From Rickettsiales bacterium (lineage in GTDB: Bacteria; Pseudomonadota; Alphaproteobacteria; Rickettsiales; UBA3002): a stretch of DNA of 64,000 nucleotides. A program made the translations under genes and the position numbers. The notes below the pieces were generated by a model, which saw nothing but the letters and a program-made list of their open reading frames with translations, had not been told where the DNA came from and searched no databases. The stretch spans positions 12,158 through 76,157 of the forward strand of contig JANQJY010000070.1 in NCBI GenBank assembly GCA_028281385.1. Reading direction: 5' to 3'. This document shows, in pieces, positions 40,277 to 49,089 of this stretch; within the stretch, counting starts at the first letter, position 1, and each line of letters starts with the position of its first letter.

Positions 40277-42079
40277 TTAAGCGCGGAATATCTTGGAGGC
40301 ATCATTTTTACCATGTGCCAGCAATAATTGAATCACATCATCCCGGGATACACCCTGCACATTGGCAAGCGCATCATCAATGACTTGTAGGGCACGTTCA
40401 TAGCTCATGCCCGGTTTCAGTTGGTTTTCTACAAATCCTGCAACCTGGGTAAGTCTTGGATCTGCGGAAGTAGTAGTGGTTATTCCTCTGATGGTGCCGA
40501 GAGGTTCTCTTCCTTTGTGAATAGGCACTCCTCCGGGACCCGGGACTTTTCCGCCACTTGCTCCGCGCAATGCTGTGTAAACACCGCCAGCGGTAACTCC
40601 ACGACCTATATTACCCATTTCTTCCTGAGCAGATCTGCCAAGCTCCCGGGCAATGGCCGGTCCGGCACGTTGTACGCCGTCAAGCGTATGTTTGGTGGCC
40701 GCATGGTTGAAGGCCTGGCCGCCTTTGCCCAGGGCCTGGCGCATGCTTTTCTCGCCCGGGATGGACATATCCACCTGCTCGACACCGCCGGTATCGCCGC
40801 CGCCAAGCTGGCCTGCATAGCGCGGCCCGGCAAGATGACGCGCCATTTGCGGCACAAAGTCCATCATGATATCAAGAAGATAGAACATAATGACCATGCC
40901 AATGGTTTTCACCGTGGCAAAATGCAGAAAGTCTTCATTGGCGACCATTTCGCCCGGTGGAATCACACGGTCTGATGCACAGCGAGGTTTTTCGCCCGGA
41001 CGTACCTTATCCATCTCGCATACGCCGCAGACATCCCATGGCATGGCGAGGGACTGATCGCGCGAATCAACCTTATAGGGTTTTACTAGGGCGGTGTAAT
41101 CGCCAAGGCCGTCAGCCATTTCCATCATGATGGAAAACGCCATACCGAGAAATGCAAACACAATCACCATTTGGAAAGAAAAAGAAATGAGATATTGTAC
41201 CCATTTGTCAAACAAGGCGCGCGTGGGCTTGAACAGGGCGAAGGAAACGAAGATCGGTGCTAGGGTGACGAGAAATGTGACCCCCAATATGCCCTGACAA
41301 TATCCGAAGACAGCACGGAGAATGACCCATAATAATTTTGCGGCAAAATAGGATGCGACGGCAAACAAAGGCGGGACGGTGGCAATGGTGAGGGTTACCA
41401 GAGCAAAAATAGCATTATTGCATTGACTTCCTTCTCCGGTGTCCTGCGCGACATTATCCAGAAAGCCCTGCGCTACCTGATCAAAGAAACGGTACACGTC
41501 GTTACTGGTAGCAAATCCACCACCACCTCCACCAGCACCTCCGCCAGCGAACAGGTGGCCGAGTACGATGGAAATACCGTCTTTGGTTACGGCCATGAAA
41601 AGGTTATAGCCGATACCGATCATATATTCGGCCTGTAGTGCGAAGGCCAGTACCAAGGTGAATTTGCCAAGAATGATCATCAATTCCTTGGCGGTAAACG
41701 GGGTGACACCCATCAGAAACGCTGCACCGGTGATGGTAATCATCAGTGTGAGTGCGGCTTGTACAGGCTCAATCGCTTCTTGTACGATGGCGCAATAAAC
41801 CTGTTTCATGGTTTCACGAATGATATCTTCGAACTCACAGACGAAGGAGGAAAAGATAAACCCCTCTCCCGGCCCGCCGCCGCAGGGAGCAGCGGCAAAC
41901 AGATCGCCTACCGGCTGACCGTTTTGGCAACTGAATCCCGAACCGGTCGGATTGACCTGCGCCATTGCGCTTTCAAAAAAACCGGGCACGAAAAAGGCTG
42001 CCAGCGCTGCTATGAACACGGCGCAATAACACCATACGAAGCGCAGTTTCTCAAGGTTGTGCGGAGCAATGACGATCAT
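40277..42079 (-). CDS. virB6: VirB6/TrbL-family channel protein with a long hydrophilic C-terminal extension
   Basis: 600 aa with multiple TM helices in the first roughly 420 aa. The last roughly 175 aa are soluble and Gly-rich. An ATGA junction links it to virB4. Confidence 0.8.
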   Translation of the reverse strand: MIVIAPHNLEKLRFVWCYCAVFIAALAAFFVPGFFESAMAQVNPTGSGFSCQNGQPVGDLFAAAPCGGGPGEGFIFSSFVCEFEDIIRETMKQVYCAIVQEAIEPVQAALTLMITITGAAFLMGVTPFTAKELMIILGKFTLVLAFALQAEYMIGIGYNLFMAVTKDGISIVLGHLFAGGGAGGGGGGFATSNDVYRFFDQVAQGFLDNVAQDTGEGSQCNNAIFALVTLTIATVPPLFAVASYFAAKLLWVILRAVFGYCQGILGVTFLVTLAPIFVSFALFKPTRALFDKWVQYLISFSFQMVIVFAFLGMAFSIMMEMADGLGDYTALVKPYKVDSRDQSLAMPWDVCGVCEMDKVRPGEKPRCASDRVIPPGEMVANEDFLHFATVKTIGMVIMFYLLDIMMDFVPQMARHLAGPRYAGQLGGGDTGGVEQVDMSIPGEKSMRQALGKGGQAFNHAATKHTLDGVQRAGPAIARELGRSAQEEMGNIGRGVTAGGVYTALRGASGGKVPGPGGVPIHKGREPLGTIRGITTTTSADPRLTQVAGFVENQLKPGMSYERALQVIDDALANVQGVSRDDVIQLLLAHGKNDASKIFRA

Positions 42080-44424
42080 GACACCTGCTCCATCTCTTCT
42101 TCTGTGTCATCATCATCATCATTGGCAGGCTCGCCGGAAAGGATGTCGACAATGTCATCCATTCCGCCGAGATTCAGTTCGGCGACAATGGTCTCGTTGG
42201 CACGTTTCAGCAGAAAATGGCGGTATTCGGTATTCATGATGTCGAGATAGGCAAATTCTTCGTCATCCAGTCCGAAGATGTCCTGATAGGCGTTATCAGG
42301 ATCTTCATCCGGCATGTAGATCTGTGTCGATACGTTGGTAATGATTTCCTTGCTGAAGTTATACTCTGCTGTTTGTTCGACCAGTTCGGTGGCAAAAATA
42401 CCAAGTGCATTTTTAGCGGTCAGATACTGCATCCATGCTTTGACACGCGGTGCAAACAATGGTGTGTTGAGAATGCGCCAGGCTTCATCGAGGAATAAAA
42501 TGGCAGGTGTTCCATCCATCGTCATAGTGATGCGGTGTATCAGATAGCTGGTAACCGGCACCAGCAGGCTGGGATGGTCAATCAGCGCATTGACGTTAAA
42601 TCCGATAATGCCGTTTTTAGGTTGCACTGATTCAGAAGCATGATCGAAATAAAAAGCGCGCTCACCGTCGCTATGCCAGGGGGATAAGCGATCGGCGATA
42701 TCGGGCCGTGCGGTGCGGATATGCTCGGCGATGTTTTGCAGCGTGCGCTCTTCCTGCGGCAGGGTATAGAGATAGTCAATGATGCTGACGAAATAACTGC
42801 GCATATTCGCATCCACCATCTTACCGGTCGGATCGAGCAGGGTCGTCAGCCATAGAGTTAAAAACTCGCGGTTGGTTTTTTTATCCGGCAGACTGAGTGG
42901 TGAGAGAGAATGATCGCTCTCGGGGTTGGCGAGGTCATAATAATGGCCGCCGATCGAACGGATAAAGGTTTCGGCACTGCCGTGCGCGTCGAGATAAAAC
43001 AGGCGGTGATTGAATTTCCGCGCTTCGGAGATCAGGAAATTAATCAGTACTGATTTGCCCGACCCATGCGGGCCGACGACACTGGTATGCCCGCAAGTGC
43101 CGAGATGGAAATTGAAGAAATAAGGCGTGCCGGCGGCCGTATAGAACACGGTGACAGGCGGTCCCCATGGATTGCCTTTGACGTTGCCGGCCGGGTAATT
43201 CTGAATATTGGCGAAGCCGCCGACATGTTTGGTATCGATGTAAGACAACCGGCTCAAAAATTCAAAATTGGCAGGCAACTGCGCCCAGTAACATTCTTCA
43301 AACTTCAGATCTTCACGCAGGGCAATAATGCCAAGCTTGCTTAATTCTTCCCGCACTTTTCTCAGATTGGTCTCAAGCTCACGAATATTATCGGCAATCA
43401 CAAAAATCATCGTTTGCTGCTCACCGTAATCGGTAATGCGATTTTTGTTATTTTCCAGGATACGGTTGAGTTCGCATTGTTCCATCAATTTGGTTTCACC
43501 GCTGACCGACAGGTAATATTTCTGTTTTTCATATTCGGCGAGCGCCTTGCCTGCATTGATAAAGTCGATACATTGTGTGATGATGAATTCGCAGGGCAGC
43601 TGCAGAAAGTTATCAAGACTGTAGAGCGAGGCTTCCTTATATTCCTTGAGCGTCAAAATGGAGCCGAAGCGTCGTTCTCCCTCGGCGGTGCGTACTTCCA
43701 TCGCATTGAAGCCGAAAGTAATTTCACCGCTGGTGAGATAATGCGATAAATCGATTTCTTCCACCGGCATGGGGCGTTCCTGCAGATTGATGAGCTTTTC
43801 GAGAAATTCAATCTGTTCGGAATAGTAGATGCCATCACCGCGTTTGACCATCGACAGACGTTTCGCTCCGAATTCTTGCAGAGTATGGAGCACGGCGTCC
43901 GCCACTGTATCCAGTTCAATGGCAATGGCATCGAGGTAATTGTTGCGTATTCTCCGGTCAACCTGGGGGATCAATCCCTCGAAAAAACTGGTCAGGCTGA
44001 CGATGTCTGCACTCTGACATTCTCTGGCGATGGTGACATACAGTTCATTGATGTATTTCTTATCCCAGCTATTGCGCTCTTTCCATTGTTCATGAACATA
44101 TTTTGAGAATTCGTCGGGATAATCGCCATCGGGAGACAGTTTCTTTTTACGCCGGAAGGTGTGAATCCATATGGCATAGTCGTTCGTGTCGATACAGTCG
44201 GTAATGGCGTCTCGTATCACGGCGCGTAAATCAGCTTCGCTGTTGGAAATCGCTTCATAGGTAAAGCCGGTAATTTTAATGGTTTGCAGCAACTCACCGT
44301 TTTTGGTCAGCACGGTATGCGGATTGATCAAACAGGCATAGGGAACGAAATCAGACTCGATGACATCGTCCGTGATATCCCGATAGATTTCAAGATGTTT
44401 ATTCTCCATGAGAGTGATACCCAT
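42076..44424 (-). CDS. virB4: type IV secretion ATPase VirB4
   Basis: 782 aa with the Walker A GPHGSGKSVLINF, the Walker B region ILFLDEAW and an acidic C-terminus. Confidence 0.9.
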   Translation of the reverse strand: MGITLMENKHLEIYRDITDDVIESDFVPYACLINPHTVLTKNGELLQTIKITGFTYEAISNSEADLRAVIRDAITDCIDTNDYAIWIHTFRRKKKLSPDGDYPDEFSKYVHEQWKERNSWDKKYINELYVTIARECQSADIVSLTSFFEGLIPQVDRRIRNNYLDAIAIELDTVADAVLHTLQEFGAKRLSMVKRGDGIYYSEQIEFLEKLINLQERPMPVEEIDLSHYLTSGEITFGFNAMEVRTAEGERRFGSILTLKEYKEASLYSLDNFLQLPCEFIITQCIDFINAGKALAEYEKQKYYLSVSGETKLMEQCELNRILENNKNRITDYGEQQTMIFVIADNIRELETNLRKVREELSKLGIIALREDLKFEECYWAQLPANFEFLSRLSYIDTKHVGGFANIQNYPAGNVKGNPWGPPVTVFYTAAGTPYFFNFHLGTCGHTSVVGPHGSGKSVLINFLISEARKFNHRLFYLDAHGSAETFIRSIGGHYYDLANPESDHSLSPLSLPDKKTNREFLTLWLTTLLDPTGKMVDANMRSYFVSIIDYLYTLPQEERTLQNIAEHIRTARPDIADRLSPWHSDGERAFYFDHASESVQPKNGIIGFNVNALIDHPSLLVPVTSYLIHRITMTMDGTPAILFLDEAWRILNTPLFAPRVKAWMQYLTAKNALGIFATELVEQTAEYNFSKEIITNVSTQIYMPDEDPDNAYQDIFGLDDEEFAYLDIMNTEYRHFLLKRANETIVAELNLGGMDDIVDILSGEPANDDDDDTEEEMEQVS

Positions 44425-44476
44425 GGTTTGCCTTACCCCCTATATTGCATACTACTCCATTGTCATATAACTGTAA

Positions 44477-44503
44477 CACAGAAATATGACAGTTTTTTGA
44501 CAG
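44477..44503 (-). promoter_or_regulatory. conserved T4SS upstream motif, copy 1 (53-79 nt upstream of the virB4 ATG)
   Basis: The + strand reads cacagaaatatgacagttttttgacag. It is near-identical to 45018-45044 and is followed 1 nt later (in gene orientation) by a -10-like TACAGT. Confidence 0.5.
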
Positions 44504-44555
44504 TGTAGCGTGAAATGTTTACTATTTCGTTAAAATTTACTTAAAAACAGGGCTT

Positions 44556-44586
44556 AGAAATAAATAAGCGCCGGAGAAACCGGCGC
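44556..44586 (-). terminator. rho-independent terminator/attenuator after virB2
   Basis: The minus-strand transcript reads gcgccgg-uuucu-ccggcgc followed by uuauuuauuucu. That is a 7-bp GC stem plus a U-rich tail, about 30 nt after the virB2 stop. Confidence 0.7.
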
Positions 44587-44618
44587 TTATTATGTTTACA
44601 ATTGTTGGTAAACCAGAC

Positions 44619-44939
44619 TTACGCTGCGCATCCGCCTGCGAAGTTAGTACCCAGCTCTTCTACGATGGTTTCCGCACCGAAGACTACGGCCACGCCGACA
44701 CCGACGATAATGGCCATACCCCAGGATACCTTACCCATCAGGGCACCGATACCGATCACGATGATGGCAAGCGTTGCCACTGCCTTACCTACACGGCCGG
44801 TGAACCACCCTACCACGGTACACAGTACGTTACCGATGGTGTTAATAGCAAATGCAAACTCGGGCACCATCATAATACCGAGGGTAACGACCACGGTAAG
44901 GGTCAGAAGCCAGGGTTTTTTCATGAGATCTTTAACCAT
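44619..44939 (-). CDS. virB2: VirB2/TrbC-family T-pilin
   Basis: The start is set at the ATG with a GGGAGA RBS, giving MVKDLMKKPWLLTLTVVVTLGIMMVPEFAFA as the signal. Two hydrophobic helices follow (GKAVATLAIIVIGIGALMGKVSW...). Confidence 0.8.
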   Translation of the reverse strand: MVKDLMKKPWLLTLTVVVTLGIMMVPEFAFAINTIGNVLCTVVGWFTGRVGKAVATLAIIVIGIGALMGKVSWGMAIIVGVGVAVVFGAETIVEELGTNFAGGCAA

Positions 44940-45017
44940 AATCAATATTCTCCCTAGTTGGTGGCATGCCTCCATGCCGAATAATAACATTTACACCATT
45001 AAGTGTTTTCTTTATAG

Positions 45018-45044
45018 CACAGAAATGTGACAGTTTTTTTACAA
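45018..45044 (-). promoter_or_regulatory. conserved T4SS upstream motif, copy 2 (upstream of virB2)
   Basis: The + strand reads cacagaaatgtgacagtttttttacaa. In gene orientation it is followed 1 nt later by TATAAA. A partial third copy, ctgacatttttt, lies at about 45056-45067. Confidence 0.5.
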
Positions 45045-45118
45045 TCCGTCATAAAACTGACATTTTTTGCATTTTTTTTACTATTGTGGATGGAACCACA
45101 CGGCCAGAGGAGAGGTAA

Positions 45119-45583
45119 ATGACTGATATTGATGCGAAATTAAAAGAAATGGGATTAACGTTGCCTGAAGCGGCCCTGCCGGCGGCCAATTATGTTCCGG
45201 CAGTTATTTCGGGTAAACAGGTGATTATTTCGGGTCAGTTGCCGATGCAGGACGGCAAACCGCACTATGTCGGCAAGGTCGGCGAGACGGTGTCGATGGA
45301 AGATGCTCAGGCCTGCGCGAAAATATGCGGGCTGAACATACTGGCGCATCTGAGGGCGACTTGCGGCGGCAGTTTCGATAATGTCAGCCGTCTGCTGCGT
45401 CTGGGCGTCTTTGTCAATGCCGTCGATGATTTTACCGATCATCCCAAAGTGGCGAACGGCGTGTCCGACTTCATGGTCGAACTGCTGGGCGATGCCGGCA
45501 AGCATGCACGCTTTGCCGTCGGTGTCAGTGGCCTGCCATTTGGTGTGGCGGTGGAGGTCGATGCCACCTTTGAGCTGAAGTAG
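45119..45583 (+). CDS. RidA/YjgF/Rid-family protein
   Basis: 154 aa. It has an ISGQLP-type motif and the C-terminal AVEVDATFEL pattern typical of the family. Confidence 0.8.
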   Translation: MTDIDAKLKEMGLTLPEAALPAANYVPAVISGKQVIISGQLPMQDGKPHYVGKVGETVSMEDAQACAKICGLNILAHLRATCGGSFDNVSRLLRLGVFVNAVDDFTDHPKVANGVSDFMVELLGDAGKHARFAVGVSGLPFGVAVEVDATFELK

Positions 45584-45593
45584 GCTCTGTTTG

Positions 45594-46340
45594 ATGCTGT
45601 CGTTAACGCGGCCGGATTATGGTGCGTTAAACACACAGGATTTGTGGAAATGTCTGGCATTGATCACCATGGTGATCGATCATGTCGGTGCATTTTTATA
45701 TCAGGACGAATTATGGCTGCGCGTGATAGGGCGTGTGGCATTTCCCATCTGGTTCTTTCTGGCGGGCTACCGCACGAATTTTTCATTGAGAGCGGATGTG
45801 GCACTCGGCGCGGCATTAATGATCCTGCTGGATGTGCTGACCGGTTGGTCATTGTTGCCGCTGGACATTCTGTGGAACTATTTATGTACCGTGTTCCTGC
45901 TCGGGCTGATTCACAAGAAGCAGTTATTGAAACAAGAACCTTGGAGTGTTGTCATCGCCTGCGCGGTGTTTCTGCCCGTCAGTTTCATCTTTCTGAATTA
46001 CGGGTTGATGGGGCTGGTGTTTGCGCTTTGCGGCTATATGATGCGCCATGCTTATGCAAAGCCATATGTAAACGGCGCCATGGCCGCTGCCGCCATGCTG
46101 CATGCTGCCATAGAGGTCAATACATTGGACTATGTGCTGATCCAGCAGTTATGTGTGGCCGCCGTGATCGGGGTCACGGTGTTCGGATTACGCCATTTCT
46201 CGCGCCGGGACGTCAGTGGAGCGCCCGTCTTTGCGGGAGCGGTGACAAAACATATCTCCCGCCATGCGCTGCATTATTATGTGCTGCATCTGTGGATGAT
46301 CCAATGGATCGCCTATTCCAAAAGCGTGACCCCGTTTTAA
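45594..46340 (+). CDS. TraX-family membrane acyltransferase-like protein
   Basis: It is a polytopic protein. The stretch LWKCLALITMVIDHVGAFL....LRVIGRVAFPIWFFLAGY matches my memory of the TraX (F-pilin acetylase family) N-terminal signature. Confidence 0.65.
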   Translation: MLSLTRPDYGALNTQDLWKCLALITMVIDHVGAFLYQDELWLRVIGRVAFPIWFFLAGYRTNFSLRADVALGAALMILLDVLTGWSLLPLDILWNYLCTVFLLGLIHKKQLLKQEPWSVVIACAVFLPVSFIFLNYGLMGLVFALCGYMMRHAYAKPYVNGAMAAAAMLHAAIEVNTLDYVLIQQLCVAAVIGVTVFGLRHFSRRDVSGAPVFAGAVTKHISRHALHYYVLHLWMIQWIAYSKSVTPF

Positions 46341-46352
46341 CCCTGTTTTAGC

Positions 46353-47009
46353 TCAGGCCGCGCTGGCCACCAGATGTTCACTCACCACATAGTCCGCTTC
46401 GGTGGTGTTTTTGATATCGTCGAGACTGACGCCGCCGACCAGCTCGACCAGGGTGAGTTTGCCGTCGATGAATTCAAAGACGCCATGGGTGGTAATAACC
46501 ATATCGACGACATTCTGTCCGGTCAGCGGCAGAGTGCAGTGCTTGACCAGTTTGGGGCTGCCGTCCTTCGCCACCTGGTCCATAATCACCACGACCCGTT
46601 TCACCCCGGCAACCAGATCCATCGCACCGCCCATGCCTTTGACCATTTTGCCCGGTACCATCCAGTTGGCGAGGTCGCCTCTTTCATCGACCTGAAGGGC
46701 GCCGAGAATCGTCAGATCGACATGTCCGCCGCGGATCATCGCAAAGGACAGGGCACTGTCGAAATAGACGCTGGTGTCCAGCTCGGAAATCGTTTGTTTT
46801 CCGGCATTGATCAGATCGGCGTCTTCCTCGCCTTCATAAGGGAAAGGACCCATCCCCAGCATGCCGTTCTCGCTTTGCAGGGTCACATGCATGCCCTGCG
46901 GAATATGATTGGCCACCAGGGTCGGAATACCGATGCCCAGATTCACATAAAAACCGTCACGCAACTCTTTGGCGGCGCGTTTGGCCATGTCTTCTCTTGT
47001 CCATGTCAT
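46353..47009 (-). CDS. scoB: 3-oxoacid CoA-transferase subunit B
   Basis: 218 aa with the SENG motif (LQSENGMLGMGP) containing the catalytic Glu. Confidence 0.9.
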   Translation of the reverse strand: MTWTREDMAKRAAKELRDGFYVNLGIGIPTLVANHIPQGMHVTLQSENGMLGMGPFPYEGEEDADLINAGKQTISELDTSVYFDSALSFAMIRGGHVDLTILGALQVDERGDLANWMVPGKMVKGMGGAMDLVAGVKRVVVIMDQVAKDGSPKLVKHCTLPLTGQNVVDMVITTHGVFEFIDGKLTLVELVGGVSLDDIKNTTEADYVVSEHLVASAA

Positions 47010-47033
47010 GCTGTCGTCTCCTTATATTTACGC

Positions 47034-47738
47034 TTACGCCGCTTTAGGCCGTGTGGTGACCTGCTCGATACGTTTTTCGAAATGATCGCCTTTGATCATG
47101 CGCTGTACAAAAATGCCCGGCGTATGAATCTGGTCGGCACTTAGCTCGCTGCTGGGGACAATCTCTTCCACCTCTGCCACGGTAATGTTACCGGCCATGG
47201 CCATCATCGGGTTGAAATTGCGCGCGGTTTTTCGGTAGACCAAATTGCCCAACTCATCGGCCTTCCAGGCTTTGACGATCGACAGATCGGCCCTCAATCC
47301 GGTTTCCATCACATAAGTCTCCCCGTTAAATTCGCGCGTTTCCTTTCCTTCGGCGACCTGGGTGCCGACGCCGGTTTTGGTATAGAAAGCCGGAATACCT
47401 GCTCCACCGGCCCGGCAGCGTTCGGCCAGTGTGCCCTGCGGGTTGAATTCAATCTCCAGCTCCTCATTGAGGTATTGGGTCTCAAAAGTCTTATTCTCTC
47501 CGACATAGGAGGAGACCATCTTTCTGATCTGGTGGTTTTCCAGCAGAATGCCTAGGCCAAAATCATCGACGCCGCAATTATTGGAAATGATGGTCAGCCC
47601 TTTGATGCCGGATTCCTTGATCGCAGCGATGCAATGTTCGGGAATACCGCACAGGCCGAAACCGCCGGCCATGATCGTCATATTGTCTTTTAACAGACTT
47701 TGCAGCGCATCTTTCGCATTGGGATATAATTTATTCAT
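47034..47738 (-). CDS. scoA: 3-oxoacid CoA-transferase subunit A
   Basis: The start is set at the ATG with a GAGG RBS (MNKLYPNAKDAL). The GGFGLCGIPE motif is present. Confidence 0.9.
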   Translation of the reverse strand: MNKLYPNAKDALQSLLKDNMTIMAGGFGLCGIPEHCIAAIKESGIKGLTIISNNCGVDDFGLGILLENHQIRKMVSSYVGENKTFETQYLNEELEIEFNPQGTLAERCRAGGAGIPAFYTKTGVGTQVAEGKETREFNGETYVMETGLRADLSIVKAWKADELGNLVYRKTARNFNPMMAMAGNITVAEVEEIVPSSELSADQIHTPGIFVQRMIKGDHFEKRIEQVTTRPKAA

Positions 47739-47967
47739 AAGGTGCCTCAAAATGATCAAATAATGTTCAGCAAAGGATGTACATGATATGAAGGGAATTT
47801 CCAGAAAAAATATAACATGCTTTCCGTAAAATTTGTGATAAAAACAGACAAAAATAAGCAGAAATTTAACAGAAATTAATCAATTGTTAACGATTTCGTG
47901 GCATATTAACAATAGCACGTTAGAATAATATTAAAGTGAAAGCAGGTTAGTCACAAGGAGAGCAAAA

Positions 47968-49089
47968 ATGTCCGTCCATATTACCCGTGCTGATGTTGAC
48001 CAACTCGTTCATGAGCCATCTGCAGCGGTACGCGCCCATATTGCCGAGAAGGTCTGCGTCGGTTACCATCATGAGGAATATAGCGACAAGGAAAACCAGA
48101 TCGCAGAGGATATTTTCCGTCTGCTGCTCGAAGATACGGAAGTCCGTGTGCGAAAGGTGCTGGCAGATCAGTTGAAAACCACACCGCATGTGCCGCGCGA
48201 TGTGGTCATCATGCTGGCAAATGACCATGACATGGTCGCCTGTGAAGTGCTGGAATACTCTCCTGTGCTGACCGAACAGGATCTGATGAATCTTGTGGAA
48301 GCGACCCATAATCTGAAAAAGCTGAAAGCGATTGCGGAGCGCAACACGCTATCCATACCGGTGAGCGATGCGCTGATTAAAACCGGTGAAATGCAAGTGA
48401 CAAAAACGGTATTGAAAAACAGGGGAGCGCATATCGGTAACGAAACCTATGACTACTTGCTGGAAGAATATAACATGGACAATTCGGTGATGGAAGAGTT
48501 GGTCTATCGTGGCGGTCTGCCCTATGAAACGGCGGAAAAGTTGTTCTCACTCGTATCGGACAAGCTGAAGAAGCATCTGACCAAGCGCTATCGCTTGCCG
48601 CTTCATGTGGTTGATGATGTCACGGAAAATGCGCGGGAGACGGCTACGCTGCAGTTCCTTTCTCCCTGGATGAGTCAGCAGGATATCGAAGGACTGGTCG
48701 ACAGTATGTATAAAAATAAGCGGTTGAGCTATTCAGTCGTGATTCGTTCCCTGTGCATCGGCGATTTACGCTTTTTCGAAACGGCGATGGCCAAACTAGT
48801 TGGCGTGCCGGTATCGAATGCGCGTATTTTATTGATGGACCCGGGAGATTTAGGATTTGAAGCTTTTTATAATGCCAGCCCGATGCCGGAATCATTTCTG
48901 CAATCGGTTAAGCTGCTGTATCGCTTGGCATCGGAAGAGACATCTTTCGGACGGTATCAACGCTATGACTTTGCGCAGCGTATGATTGACCGTATTACCG
49001 CTGAGGGTTACGATAAAAAGATTGAAAACATATCGTATCTCTTGTCTATTCTCGGGCGGAGCACCAAAGATGTACCAACCTTACACTGA
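47968..49089 (+). CDS. DUF2336-family protein (HEAT-like repeats), paralog 1
   Basis: 373 aa with an AAGGAG RBS. The repeated helical pattern VRxxxAxxL...PxDV is characteristic of alphaproteobacterial DUF2336 as I recall it. Confidence 0.7.
   Translation: MSVHITRADVDQLVHEPSAAVRAHIAEKVCVGYHHEEYSDKENQIAEDIFRLLLEDTEVRVRKVLADQLKTTPHVPRDVVIMLANDHDMVACEVLEYSPVLTEQDLMNLVEATHNLKKLKAIAERNTLSIPVSDALIKTGEMQVTKTVLKNRGAHIGNETYDYLLEEYNMDNSVMEELVYRGGLPYETAEKLFSLVSDKLKKHLTKRYRLPLHVVDDVTENARETATLQFLSPWMSQQDIEGLVDSMYKNKRLSYSVVIRSLCIGDLRFFETAMAKLVGVPVSNARILLMDPGDLGFEAFYNASPMPESFLQSVKLLYRLASEETSFGRYQRYDFAQRMIDRITAEGYDKKIENISYLLSILGRSTKDVPTLH

Noticed and set aside
44425-44618. Hidden VirB3 ORF between virB2 and virB4
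   Set aside because: Reading the minus strand gives only very short frames. The interval is occupied by the terminator hairpin, the conserved motif and the virB4 RBS.
45644-46351. 235-aa ORF in an alternative + frame over the TraX-like gene
   Set aside because: The translation is Arg/Cys/Gly-rich with no features. The overlapping frame encodes a coherent polytopic TraX-like protein.
46374-47144. 256-aa ORF antisense to scoB
   Set aside because: This is a shadow ORF. scoB has the SENG catalytic motif on the - strand.
48986-49069. N-terminal 28-codon extension of the second DUF2336 ORF
   Set aside because: The extension lies in an alternative frame inside the first DUF2336 gene, and homology between the paralogs begins after the ATG at 49070.
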